DNA of 64,000 nucleotides from Octopus vulgaris. Taxonomy: Eukaryota. A program made the translations under genes and the position numbers. The stretch covers positions 32,116,001-32,180,000 of the forward strand of contig OX597829.1 of NCBI GenBank assembly GCA_951406725.2, written 5' to 3'. Shown here piece after piece: positions 36,351-48,602 of this stretch. Each line of letters starts with the position of its first letter. The first letter of the stretch is position 1. Under the pieces are notes generated by a model. It did not search any database. It saw only the letters and a program-made list of their open reading frames with translations, and was not told where the DNA came from.

Positions 36351-37324
36351 GGTAAATAACATTTTAAAACATTAAAAAAATTAATATATTAAAGAGCATA
36401 TATTACAGGTTTTGCTTAGTGTTTGTTATAACGAAAGGTTTGACCTTCTTACATCAGTATTGTTTCGCAGGAGAAATGTTTCGATTTCTTCGTCAAACCT
36501 AACCTACATAGATTTCTCTTTCTGTGCTGCTGGGTGTAGTCCATTTATGGCCATAAATAAGTGTCTTGTTTCAATCTCAGAGATGTTGACTTCTACCACA
36601 ACAGTTTTGGGAGGCTTTTTACAATGCTGAATTTTCACTGTCTATGAGTGTATTTTCAATGTGTGTGCGTGATACGTAGTCTTTTAATGTACGGAGTTCA
36701 GTAAGTCTCAGAACAGTCAATAATTTTCCCGGAATTGACAAGTAGCATGATAAAGCACCTGAGTTGTCTTCGAGAGCGTAACGATCTAAAACCATGGTCA
36801 TATAATGTAACTAAATGTGTTCTTTTAATTAAATCATTTCATTCGGCTCAACCAATGGGTATAGGGGCTAATGCAGAATCGCACCTCTTTGAAAAACGAA
36901 TTTTCACGAAAATTTTTTTCGGATTCCTATCTTTAACAGAGATTCTGAATATGCAAAAATATTGACAGAATCCAATTTCATCTTTATTACATTTCACTTA
37001 TGATTTTTAGACTTTTCTAAGGGAGAATGAGGATAGGAAAGTACTGACGTTTCAAAGAGCAAAGAATAATACAAACAATACACTTATTTCAGGCTCATCT
37101 CTACACAGCCATTTTTTATTCGCTGTTTATTCTAGGTCATACGGGGGTGATTGCATATTAAGAATCTCTTATATGTAAATCGTAGGAATACAAAAATGTT
37201 TTACTGAAAAATTGCCGGTGAGGGTGAGGGTGGTGGCAATGAAATTCATTTCATGCCCAACACCGGAAGTCACCTCACGCCACTGATAAACATATATATA
37301 TATTATTTATTGAAAGGACACAAT

Positions 37325-37400
37325 ACATGTTTTTAAGTGCTACTAATACTTCTTTGCATTTAGAAAACTCAGGCATATTCTTCAGGCGCAAACCACATAT
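37325..37400 (-). ncRNA. Degenerate hammerhead ribozyme copy in the inverted pLTR
   Basis: Minus strand atatgtggtttGCGC CTGAAGA atatgc...gcaaa GAAG tattaGTA GCAC ttaaaaacatgt; the GAAAC core is mutated. Confidence 0.65.
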
Positions 37401-37634
37401 AATGAACTAAAAAAAATTGAATAATAGAAGAAACACAAAGAAATCCAGAAGGCAGCATATGGAAAACACAGAAAGTAAATGACAGAAAAAAAAACAAACT
37501 AAAATGTAAAAATTAAAAGTAAAAAGGTAAAAGAGCTATCATCCTCCTTAGACCTTAAATGATAAAGCTTGAAAGATATCAAGTCAGTAAGGAATAGGTA
37601 GAATTTTCCAATTTTTCAAAATATTTTGATACAT

Positions 37635-38040
37635 AGGCACAGGAGTAGCTGTATGGTAGTAGCTTGCTTACCAACCACATGGTTCCGGGTTCAGTCCCAC
37701 TGCGTGGCACTTTGGGCAAGTGTCTTCAACTATAGCCTTGGGCCAACCAAAGCCTTGTGAGTGGATTTGGTAGATGGAAACTGAAAGAAGCTTGTCGTAT
37801 ATATGTATATGTATGTGTGTGTGTGTGTATTTGTGTGACTTTGTCTGTCCCTCCAACATTGCTTGACAACCAATGCTGGTGTGTTTACGTCCCTGTAACT
37901 TACCGGTTCAGCAAAAGAAACCGATAGAATAAGTGCTAGGCTTACAAAGAATAAGTCCTGGGGTCGATTTGCTCGACTAAAGGCAGTGCTCCAGCATGGC
38001 CACAGTCAAATGACTGAAACAAGTAAAAGAGTAAAGAGAG
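37635..38040 (+). mobile_element. SINE family A inserted in the inverted pLTR
   Basis: Full-length match to 266-678; taggca is repeated at both junctions; absent from the 3' pLTR copy. Confidence 0.92.
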
Positions 38041-38858
38041 TAGGCATACAACCACAGAAAATGTCTGACACAGAGTTCAATAGAGAGATAGGGATCTTGG
38101 ATCTGAACAGGATCTGCACTTTTACAGCCAAACAAAGCCTACATTTATTTGATCCATTCACATAAGCTGTAGGTTCTTCAAATTACTTTCCATTTAATCA
38201 TATGTGGTGTTTTGTTATCTTTCAAAGTCCATACGTAGACCTAGATTTTATCAGGCATGCAAGGAAAACATTATTGTTCAGTAAAGGATTAGCATGAGTT
38301 AAAAAGTCACATAGTGACGAACTATTTGATGTATCTATGGTGTCATATGATAGTGCCAATGTCTGTGATCTTGTAGGTTTATTTATATTAAAAATATGGA
38401 GATATAGATACCCATCTCATGATATTGGCCTATGCCATGATGACAGTTTGGGTATTTCCCATGGGTGTGATGGTCACACTCTTGAGAAAGATAGAAAGCA
38501 ACTTATTTCTACCTTTAATCAATTAGGCCTTAAAATTACAGTAGCTAATAATCTGTCTATAGTTGATTATTTAGATGTTTCCCTAGATCTAAACTCCTCT
38601 TCATATGAACCTTTCCATAAGCCTAATGAGAAACTTGCATATATATATAAACAGTCCTGTAATATTTAAAAACCTGAGAGCTAATATTAGTAACAGAATG
38701 TCTAACCTCTCTTCTTCTAAAGAAATTTTCGAGAAAACTGCATCTATTATAACAAGGCCCTGGCTAATAGTGACTTCAAAGATAAATTAATATATAATTC
38801 CTCTAATAATAATCAAAACATTAATAATAGATCTAGTGGCATCAAAGTTAACGTATTA

Positions 38859-40094
38859 TTGGGTCATCCCATATATAATGTGCTTTTTCAAACTTCTTTT
38901 TTTTTTCAAAATTAAGATAAACAAAGTTCTTTTTTAATCTAAAATATACTCTCCTTCATTTTCTGCAATGTTCTTCCATCTATCTGGTGGACTTGCACAG
39001 CCCCTCTTCCACAATTCACTTGTCTGTGATAAAAAAATACTTCTCCAGTACTGATCTGACCTCATCTACAGCATTCCTACTTTCTCCATCCAAATGATTT
39101 TGAAGACTGCAGAATAAATTATAATCAGATGGGACAATGTCCAGTGAATATGGTGGGTGAGGCATTGTTTCCCATTCAAACTACTCCAACCTTTGGAATG
39201 TCATCCTTACTGTATGTGGCTGAGCATTATCTTTATGGAAGAATACCTTTTGTCTTGAAACCAAGATAATCATTTTTCTTCTAGCATTGACTTAAGCAGC
39301 TCAAGCTGCTCACAGTAGATCTCCTTTGTTATCATTCGGTTTGGGTTCAAAAGTTCAAATTGGACTAAACCTTTCATATCCCACCCACCAAACAGATAAC
39401 ACCTTATGTAGGTGAAGACCTTTAGCCTAGAGTACTGGTGTTTCTCCTTTCCCTACCCACTGTCTTCGGTGCTTGACATTTTTATATAGAACCCATTTCT
39501 CATCACCAGTCACTATTTAGTCCAAAAACGGTTCATTCATGAGATGTCACAGCAAAGAAGAGTACACATTTACTCTCTGCACTCGATAAGACTCAGAAAG
39601 TTTGTGAGGAACCCAATGACTCAATTTGCTGACTTTTCCGATGGCACGCAGGTGTCAATAAATGGTTGAATGACGAAATCCAAGCTTCTCTTGTAGTTCC
39701 ACAACAGTTATGATGGGATTTTGTTCCACCAGGGTTTTAAGGACATCCTCATCGAGCTCTACAAATCTTCCAAGACAATGCTCGTCTTCTAGGCTGTAGT
39801 TTCCGGCTCAGAATTTCTGGAACCACCATTGAAACTAGCTTATGCTTATTGTCCAATCCCCATATTGTGCATTAATATTCCTTGCACTTTCCATTGCATT
39901 GTTGCCTTTATTGAACTCATAAATCAAAATATACCGAATATGCTCTTTTGTCACTTCCATTATAGCTTTGAAAAGATAACTGTTAAAATCAAACTGCACT
40001 CCTCAAAACTTGCACTAAGAATAAGGACAAAGTAAAATTACTACCTGCTTTTATAGCAAGTTCATGCAATTGTAAAAACCATGGGATGACCCAA
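38859..40094 (-). mobile_element. Near full-length mariner (D,D34D-type) transposon, pseudogenised
   Basis: TA TSD; TIR ttgggtcatcccat / atgggatgacccaa; MEVTKEHIRYIL.YEF...WVPHKL...IVTGDEKWVLY...DNAQPH...HPPYSLDIVPSDY with stops and frameshifts. Confidence 0.95.
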
Positions 40095-41008
40095 TACATA
40101 AACATTCTAGTACTAATCAGAATAATAATAAGAAACCTAAAAATAGGCCAAGGAAATTTATTTGGTTTGCCTCTCCATTTTTCCTTAATATAAAAACTAT
40201 CATAGGTAAAATATTCCTGTCTCTCCTAGACAAATACTTTCCAGCAGCTCACAGATACAGGAAAATATTTAATAGGCATTCTGTGAAATTATAATATAGC
40301 TGTTGTCCCAGTATGAAGAGTATCATTAGATGTGGTCAATATCAAGAGCCTAAATCCAGTTGCAACTGTCACAACCCAGGATTCTGTCTACTTGACCAAT
40401 GATGTATGATTAAATCTACCATTTATAAGGCAGAGTTTACTGCAACCCTAAATAATAATACAACTGATAAGAAGACCTACATTGGATTATGTGAAGGTGA
40501 ATTTAAAAATCACTATGCCAATCACATAGCTTCCTTCTGGCATAGAGACAAAAGTAAAGTTATTAAGTCGGTTAGATATGTATGGACTTTGAAAGATAAC
40601 AAAACACATTTTATTAAATGGAAAGTAATTGAGAAACCCATAACTTATGAGAATGGATCGAATAAATGGAAGATTTGTTTGGCTGAAAGAGTGCAGATCC
40701 TTTTCAGATCTGAGATCCCTAACTTTCTACTGAACTCTATGTCAGAAATTTTCTGTGGTTGCATGCATATGTATCAATATATTTTGAAGAATTGAAAAAT
40801 TCTACCTATTCATGACTGTCTTGATATCTTTCCAGCCTTATCATTTAAGGTCTAAGGAGGGTAGCTCATATACATTTCTACTTTTTACTTTTTATTTTTT
40901 GATATTTTAGTTTTTGTGTTTTCTGTTTTTTACCTTCTGTGTTTTCTATATGCCGCCTTCTCAATTTTTCGTGTTTCTTCTACCATTCAATTTTTTTAGC
41001 TTGTTATG

Positions 41009-41084
41009 ACATGTGGTTTGTACCTGAAGAATATGTCTGAAGTTTTCTCAACATATGAAACTATTAGTAGTGCTTTATACATGT
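41009..41084 (+). ncRNA. Type I hammerhead ribozyme in the Penelope pLTR
   Basis: ACATGT-ggttt-GTAC CTGAAGA ATATGT-loop-ACATAT GAAA C-TATTA-G T A GTGC-tttat-ACATGT: intact core, helix II, minimal helix III, GUA cleavage triplet, bulged helix I. Confidence 0.8.
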
Positions 41085-41166
41085 ATTGTGACCTTCAAAT
41101 AGATAATATTTATCTCTCACCAGATGAAGTACTTTTTTTGTTGAATTTTCTATCACAGATCAGTAC

Positions 41167-41168
<2 letters not shown>

Positions 41169-41217
<49 letters not shown>

Positions 41218-41278
41218 GTAATATACAAATAAATATCTGTAAATATAAAACCATCTGAATTTCTGAGTACCTCATTTC

Positions 41279-41368
<90 letters not shown>
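41169..41368. repeat. (TA)n microsatellite pair
   Basis: Seen directly. Confidence 0.95.
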
Positions 41369-41369
<1 letters not shown>

Positions 41370-41813
41370 TCCCATCTCCTGGAGACATGACTATAGAAGA
41401 TGTAGGTTTGCATCTTATGGGTCACCTTTGACTTTTTCTATATAAAAGGATTTTCCACCCCAATATTTGCATGCTATCATTTTATAGCAAGCATAAAAGT
41501 GATGAGCTGGCAGAACCTATAACACACTGGAGAAAATGCTTAGAAAATTTTGTCTGTCGTTGTGTTCTGGGTTCAAGTTCACCAAAAGTCAACTTTGCCT
41601 TTCATCCTTTCAGAGTTGATGAAATAATTATCAGTTAAGTGCACTGGGGTCAATGTAATTGACTAGCTCCTTCCCCTAAAATTTCAGGCCTTATACTTTT
41701 AATAGAAAGTATTATCTATAGCATTTACATACTTTGAGATTCAGTTCTGAAAAAGAATTATTTCATATTCTTTCAAAAGTTTATAAATTCTTATGATGTC
41801 AAAATACATGAAT

Positions 41814-41876
<63 letters not shown>

Positions 41877-42570
41877 TGCATACATATACACAGTACAGGT
41901 ATAAACACACATAGAAAAGTAACTTAATTCTTGTGCAGTAATCTATGTCCGTCAATTTATGAATGCAACTAATATATAATAGATGCTATAACTCTATGAA
42001 CAGTAATATATCTAATGTCATACATACACCGAATAATTCTAGACAACTTAGGTACTCATACTGTAAGCTTCCCCCAAATTAGCTCCAACATTCGTACCAC
42101 CTACAAACACTACAGTTAACATCACACACAAATCAACAATAACATAGGTAGTTTTTCCTATTCTTGACCATAGAGTACCTTCTGTCATTTGCATAAAGGT
42201 AACTTGTCATATAATCCTCCTTATGCAATATTAATGATGTTATGCATTAGCTAAATAACTCTTTAAGTCCTTAGAATGACATTTCCTTCCTTCCAACAAG
42301 TATAGGAAGACCTTTAACAAAGACTTCTCTAGGCTCTTTTTCTCTACCACACCTAATTTGGCTGGTAATTTTACCACTTTCAATTATCATAAGCTTATAT
42401 ACTCATCTTTAATAAATACAATGATGATGCAATTATAAATACAGCCCCTAGTCATCCGCCTGAAAGCATAATCCCATTTGTATATCTTGAATGATGGAGC
42501 TGAACATCTTTGCACTCCTCTGGTGCTAAATTCTAATCATAACTTTTCTTTGATTGATCCAAACCATAAC

Positions 42571-42803
42571 CTATTTCTTTACTACCCACAAGGGGCTAAA
42601 CACAGAGGGGACAAACAAGGACAGACAAACGGATTAAGTCGATTGCATCGACCCCAGTGCGTAACTGGTACTTAATTTATCGACCCCGGAAGGATGAAAG
42701 GCAAAGTCGACCTCAGCGGAATTTGAACTCAGAACGTAACGGCAGACGAAATATGGCTACGCATTTCGCCCGGCGTGCTAACGATTCTGCCAGTTCGCCG
42801 CCT
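42571..42803 (-). mobile_element. SINE family B, young copy
   Basis: Reverse complement of 10870-11108; flanked by direct repeat aaccataacc. Confidence 0.9.
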
Positions 42804-43011
42804 ATAACCATAACCATGTGATTAATGGCTCAGATGAAGGTAACAATGTTCATAGCGATGTTGATGATAATAGAAACAGTCATGCCATTAACCTTAAAGC
42901 AGTATTATTGTTACTGTTACTTCTATCACTGCTAACACTGCTGTACTATTGCTGCTGCTACTACTACTACTACTACTACTACTACTAATAATAATAATAA
43001 TAATAATAATG

Positions 43012-43060
<49 letters not shown>

Positions 43061-43109
43061 TAATAATAAGTATTATTATTATTATTATTATTATTGTTTT
43101 AAAATAAAA

Positions 43110-43560
43110 TATGGTCCGTTGTCTTCTGCTGAACCGGGGTCATCCCTTGACCCTAGGGTCACAGCAGGTCCTCATCTCATGGAGAGTACACAGCATAAAA
43201 TGTGTGCGGAACCTAGCAACACTATTTTCTGAAGTTCTCCCATGGTAACACTACAAGGGAGTTTGTTGAGCTGCTTATCAAGGCCTTTTTTAATTAGCCC
43301 TAACACTCCAATTACCACTGGTGCTGTGCTGCTCTTCATTCCCTACATCCTGGTCACTTCTATTTCTAGGTCTTTGTACTTTTTAATAACTTCTTAACTT
43401 CTTTAATGGACACATTTCTCTCTGATGGTAATGTCACATCTATCATTAAGCATTTCTTATTCTTCTTATCTTTGATGATTATGTCCAGCATGTTTGCCTT
43501 GATTTCTTTATCGATGTTGATTGGCATGTCCTAGAGTACTGTTACATCATCTTTTCCAGT
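43110..43560 (-). mobile_element. R4/Dong-like RLE LINE 3' fragment
   Basis: VTVL*DMPINIDKEIKANMLDIIIKDKKNKKCLMIDVTLPSERNVSIKE..KYKDLEIEVTRM*..PVVIGVLGLIKKGL..ELQKIVLLGSAH; ends in a (TAA)n tract. Confidence 0.88.
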
Positions 43561-43789
43561 CACAGTTTCAGGTTTATGCTGGTACCATCTTTCTGAAGTT
43601 GGAAACTGGTAGTGTTTACATATATTCCAATGGATGCATTGCGCTACTCTATTGTGTCTATGAATATATTCAGTTTATTATTATCATCTCTGACTGTCCA
43701 GTCCTTGGCAAATCTGAATATATATGCAGACACAACTGAGTACATAGTTATGCCAACACTACAACATAAAAAACTGACAATAAATGGTA

Positions 43790-44210
43790 TAAACATGTGC
43801 CAAACATGGTACAAGACAACGACCAGGTCACAATCATCTGGGATATGCCTGTTCAATTTGACAAAGAAATAAAAACTAATCACTCAGACATCATAATTAA
43901 GGATTAGAAAAAAAAACACCTGCTTACTGATAGACATTGCAGTCCCTTCTGACAAAAATATTGTTCAAACAGAAGTGGAGAAATTGTCAAAGTACAAAGA
44001 CCTCGAAATTGAAGTATTCACAATGATGAGCATGAAGGTGAAAACAATACCAGTAATAACCGGAGCATTAGGTATGATAAAAAACATATGAATAAAAATG
44101 TAGAAGCTACACCTGAATCCTCAACACTATGCACTATTCCCAAAATAGCAAAAATAGCTCTGCAGCAAAGAGCCCACATCCTACACAAGGCACTATCAAT
44201 TCAATAATAC
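43790..44210 (+). mobile_element. R4/Dong-like RLE LINE 3' fragment
   Basis: VTIIWDMPVQFDKEIKTNHSDIIIKD..CLLIDIAVPSDKNIVQTEVEKLSKYKDLEIEV..IPVITGALGMIK..AHILHKALSIQ*; (AAT)n array follows at 44520-44656. Confidence 0.88.
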
Positions 44211-44517
44211 AACCTAAACAAAACAATCCACAAACACCAGACACACTCTTTACAGCAAATATCCAATGAAATAAACTACCACCAGCAAGCTGGATACCCA
44301 ACACATTACACACACAACATACAATACAAACACTAATACAACAAAAGACTGCACCACACCAAAGAAAAGAAGAAAAAAAAAGAAACTGATGCACTACAAT
44401 ACCAGGAAGTGTTTGCACACTACCAACAACAGAAAAGAACACAATGCTGCACACACCCTAGCAACACAGAAGTGTAGCAGGTGATGCAATAAAAATTTGC
44501 CACAAACTACCAAATGT

Positions 44518-44571
<54 letters not shown>

Positions 44572-44623
44572 GTAATAATAATAGTAATAGTAATAGTAAT
44601 AATAATAATAATAATAGTAATAC

Positions 44624-44656
<33 letters not shown>

Positions 44657-45190
44657 GCCCTGATGCAGTACCAGACAGTGACTCTCATAGCTTCTGATCT
44701 TAACTGATTGGAAGTGTTATCATGTACATTGCTTTGTCTTTGTATAAAAGATGGGCTACAGCAAATATTCTGCTCAATACCACAGATTCGCTTGTCAGTT
44801 GTTTGACCGTAACCAGTTGAGCATGTCCCTTACTGATCATGAGCAGAAGTATTGGGGGAGCATCATAGCCATGTGTTGAAAGGAATTCTTAGAGGTTTGG
44901 ATAATTCACCTTTGGAAACATGGGTGTTTTGTTCAACATCCTCAAACAATCCTTTTTTCAGGGACCTTTTGAGTTGGATGGGCTATTCAACCTGAAGAAA
45001 ATTTTAACTGGGCCCCACTGCAAGGTCATGTGCTGTTATCTTGGTATAAAGTCACCATGTCACGCACATGTAGTTGTGATGCATGTGCCTGGTGTACTCT
45101 TACCAGACAGGTAGTCATGATGGATTTGCTGGGCTTCGTATATTTTACCCCAGTGTCACTTTGATAATATGCACTGCTCTCCCGCTCAAT
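44657..45190. repeat. Interspersed repeat family D, adjoining (AAT)n
   Basis: gatgggctacagcaaatattctgct...accagttgagcatgtccc...cctgaagaaaatt...gtgcctggtgtac is repeated at 56173-56650. Confidence 0.85.
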
Positions 45191-45394
45191 ATCAAGCTAG
45201 TTATAATAACTGTGATGAGAATGGTAAAAGTAATAGTAACACAAACCTTTCTAACACATACAACTGTATTAGTTACAAGTATGCAACTGATGGGAGACAT
45301 CACACCTGTTAATTTGACATTCATAAATGTTAATGTAAACTATGCAAGTAATAACTACAATGGTTGGTAATACTGACTATGCATTATATCGTAA

Positions 45395-45780
45395 TTTCCC
45401 ACTGAGAAAGAGAGGGTTTTGTAATTGTAGAAGATTAAATGAATGTCCCCTAGGTAATAAATTCTTAACTAAAAATATGATTTACAAATGTACTGTTATT
45501 ATTGCAAATAATGTCTTTATTTACATAGGTGATACTTTGAGATGCTTTAAGTCTAGATTATATAACCAGATACATACTTTTAGAGGAAAGGATATAGCTA
45601 CATCAATTTCTTTTGTGGCTAAAATATGTGAACTGAAGGTAATGCACATTAATTGTAAAATATTAGATATGCCAAGCCTTGTGTCAGTCATCATTGTGGT
45701 TGCACCCTTAATTGTTTGGATGCTTATGAAATTCTGCAGTGTCAGAACAACCTTATCAATAAATTTGAGGTATTAAGAAG
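45395..45780 (+). mobile_element. Second Penelope-like GIY-YIG endonuclease fragment
   Basis: GFCNCRRLNECPLGNKFLTKNMIYKCTV...IYIGDTLRCFKSRLYNQIHTFR. Confidence 0.85.
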
Positions 45781-46407
45781 AAAATGCCCCCAATCCATCC
45801 ATATATCTTTCCTACATTATAAACCTATTCTATAACCCTTTCTAGTGTGGGAGTTTTATGTAGAAATTATGTATTCTTTTACATAAATTATCCCATATTG
45901 AAAATATTTACTCTAATTCAATAACTTGCACTCAATATCATTCTTCCTAATTGTCTATACTAAAATTATGTTGGATCTTGTACAACAAGTAAATTGATTA
46001 GAATAATTAGAAGATTAAAATAAATATATATATATAATATAACCTGATCTAATCTAACTCAATTAAATGGCTTTAATTTTTACTATTCTTGCATATCATG
46101 CTCCTAGTTGCAATTTTCCTGCTTGTTTATACTGGACCATATTATTATCCTTTAATTATATTGCCAGCATACTATCTTAATTGATATGTGGGTAGGAACA
46201 TATATCTGCATCATTGTGTATTTACAATCACTTAGACCTAATATATAGTATGTCATTATGAATTTTATAGATTTTTGGGGGCTTATAAATTTAGAAATTT
46301 AGAAAATTTAATAAATCTATATTGCCTTTAACTTTCTACTCATTAATTTTTCTTTTTGCCCTTAAAAATTAAATCTAATTCATAGTCTAATGTTAACTAG
46401 CCTACAT

Positions 46408-46439
<32 letters not shown>

Positions 46440-46984
46440 TTAGCGTCCGCTTTCCATGCTAGCATGGGTTGGACGGTTCAACTGGGGTCTGTGAAGCCAG
46501 AAGGCTGCATCAGGCCCAGTCTGATCTGGCAGTGTTTCTACGGCTGGATGCCCTTATATATATATATATATTTGTTTCTTAACTTATCTTTTTCAACTTA
46601 TCAGTGGTGCCCCAGCATGGCTGCAGCTCTCAAGCTGAAACTAGTAAAAGATAAAAGATATCATATTTTAACTTAAACTGACAGCATTCAAAATCAAACC
46701 TGCACATGCTTTTTCCTTACTTGAATCTATCTTTCTTATTACTTATTAAATACTATCTTCATGGCTTTAGTCAATAACCTTTTGACAGTCCATACATTTC
46801 TTATATGAATGTGTTTAGTATCAATCCTTATCCTTCTAGGAAGGATATTTTAGTTCCTCCAAGTATATCCCATTGCTGATTAATTTCTTTTTTTTCCCTA
46901 TCTTAATAATAATGTTTCATTCTCCTATTTTGTTAATTTTCTCCTTTCTCTCATCTTGGTAAATTAACTATATTTCTTATAGAA

Positions 46985-47390
46985 TTTGTCTTATGAAGAA
47001 AGGTTGAAGATGCTCGACCATTATTCTCTAGAAAAACGACGACACCATGGTGATCTCATTCTTGCTCACAACATCATAAGCGGAAAGTGTAACCTCTCAA
47101 AGGAGCTGTTCTTCACTCCTGCTCCAGAGCGTCAGCTGCGGGGGTCATTCCGAAAAGCTCTATCTGCAACGATTTCATCTCAATCGAAGGAGAGGTTGCG
47201 GATCTGTGGAATAAGCTGCCGGACGAGATGGTGAAAATGCCGACGACCGCTTGGTTCAAAGTCTCCCTTGACCACAAGTGGCCTGAACTCTTTACATGAA
47301 CACCACCCTGTACATAACTCCATGTCCCCCTACATGGCCTTGCTTTTTTGCTTTTTGAGCCAAAAAATTAACTAACTAACTAACTAACTT
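46985..47390 (+). mobile_element. CR1-clade LINE 3' end
   Basis: LSYEERLKMLDHYSLEKRRHHGDLI...LRG..KL...LWNKLPDEMV....FKVSLD, followed by a short UTR and an (AACT)n tail. Confidence 0.9.
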
Positions 47391-47914
47391 ATCAGCCTTT
47401 CCATTTATATGGACTTAATATTGGAATTTTTTAATTTATATTCTACAAGTGTGAGTGAGCATGTATGAATGCATCCACTCATATATGTGTATGTATATAC
47501 ATTTGTATGATTGAGTAGCCTCATTTCACTTAAATTGCTAAACAGCTACACACAACTGCCTGGATATTTTCTTTGGGAAGAACACAAAGACAAAATACCA
47601 GAAAAGAACAAGTAAAAGGAGTGGATAATTTACCAAAATATTATCTTCACAAAAATGTCTGCATCCCTAAATTTCTGATATGTAGAATGTGTGACAAAAA
47701 TGGTGAAAGATTCAAACATTTGGTAAATGAATACAGTATATAAAATCAGAAAGAATATAGGTTGAAAATAAATTAACAACTCCCCACCCACACTCTCTCT
47801 CTCTCTCAACCGATTGATGGACAAACAGAGGGACAGAAAGATGTTGGATAGATTGATAGATAAAAAAATAAATATTGGTTCAATGCAGAGGAACTAGTTT
47901 ATGTTGCTAGCACT

Positions 47915-48072
47915 TAGAAAAAGAAAGGAAGGAAAGGGAAAGAAAGGGAGGGAGGGAAAGAAGGAAAGAGAAAGAAAAGGAGGGAGGGAAGGAAGGAAAG
48001 AGAAAGTAAAGAAATAAAGTAAGGGGGAGACAGAGAAAGAAACAAGCAAAAATAGACAGACAGACAGACAGT

Positions 48073-48120
<48 letters not shown>

Positions 48121-48161
48121 CAGACAGATAGACAGACAGACAGGCAGACAGACAGACAGGC

Positions 48162-48193
<32 letters not shown>

Positions 48194-48200
48194 TAGATAG
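47915..48200. repeat. Purine-rich low-complexity tract plus (GATA)n/(GACA)n microsatellite
   Basis: Seen directly. Confidence 0.9.
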
Positions 48201-48550
48201 GTATCATCTTCCTCATCATAATTTTATATTCACTTTGGTTAAATGGGTGCACACAGTCCAAGTCATTTCCCACTAGAAGCCATTGGTTAGGTGTTGGACA
48301 ATGTTGAAAAGTTAACAATTCATGTTCCTATGTCTATGGTCAAGTCATTTCACTTTTGTTGGCTCAATTGACTTACAAGCAAATAGACACCATGAGTTGG
48401 TATAACATGCTTGCTACGTTACACATTTAAACCACTGTGTAATTAACAAGAAAACTGCCATACACTCTAGTTTCTCTGATGCTTTTTCCAAGAGATATTC
48501 AAAACAGAACATAATATGCAAATGTAAGCTTCATCAAGCCTTGCCTTTAG

Positions 48551-48602
<52 letters not shown>

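Larger units (their letters stand above)
33607..37285 (+). mobile_element. hAT DNA transposon (ZMYM1-like transposase), left terminus not recognisable
   Basis: Right end ...cacctcacgccactg reads 5'-CAGTGGCGTG on the minus strand, a hAT-type TIR; left end has subterminal repeats but no matching TIR before the (TA)n at 33590-33605. Confidence 0.85.
37305..41105 (+). mobile_element. Penelope-like retroelement (RT + C-terminal GIY-YIG), 5'-truncated with inverted pseudo-LTR, interrupted by a SINE and a mariner
   Basis: RT: FDVSMVSYDSANVCDLVGLF...GLCHDDSLG...LKITV.NN..VDYLDVSLDL...YEPFHKPN (38240-38850). Endonuclease: IWFASPF...CNCH..C..IYKA...YIGLCEGEFKNHYANH..IKWKVI..LLNSMSEIFCGC (40100-40795). 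37305-38245 is an inverted copy of 40570-41105. Confidence 0.92.

Noticed and set aside
40395-40410. In-frame TGA next to Cys codons in the Penelope endonuclease as possible selenocysteine
   Set aside because: It falls at a non-Cys position of the CPL.G.C motif, fits CGA-to-TGA decay, and the element has other stops.
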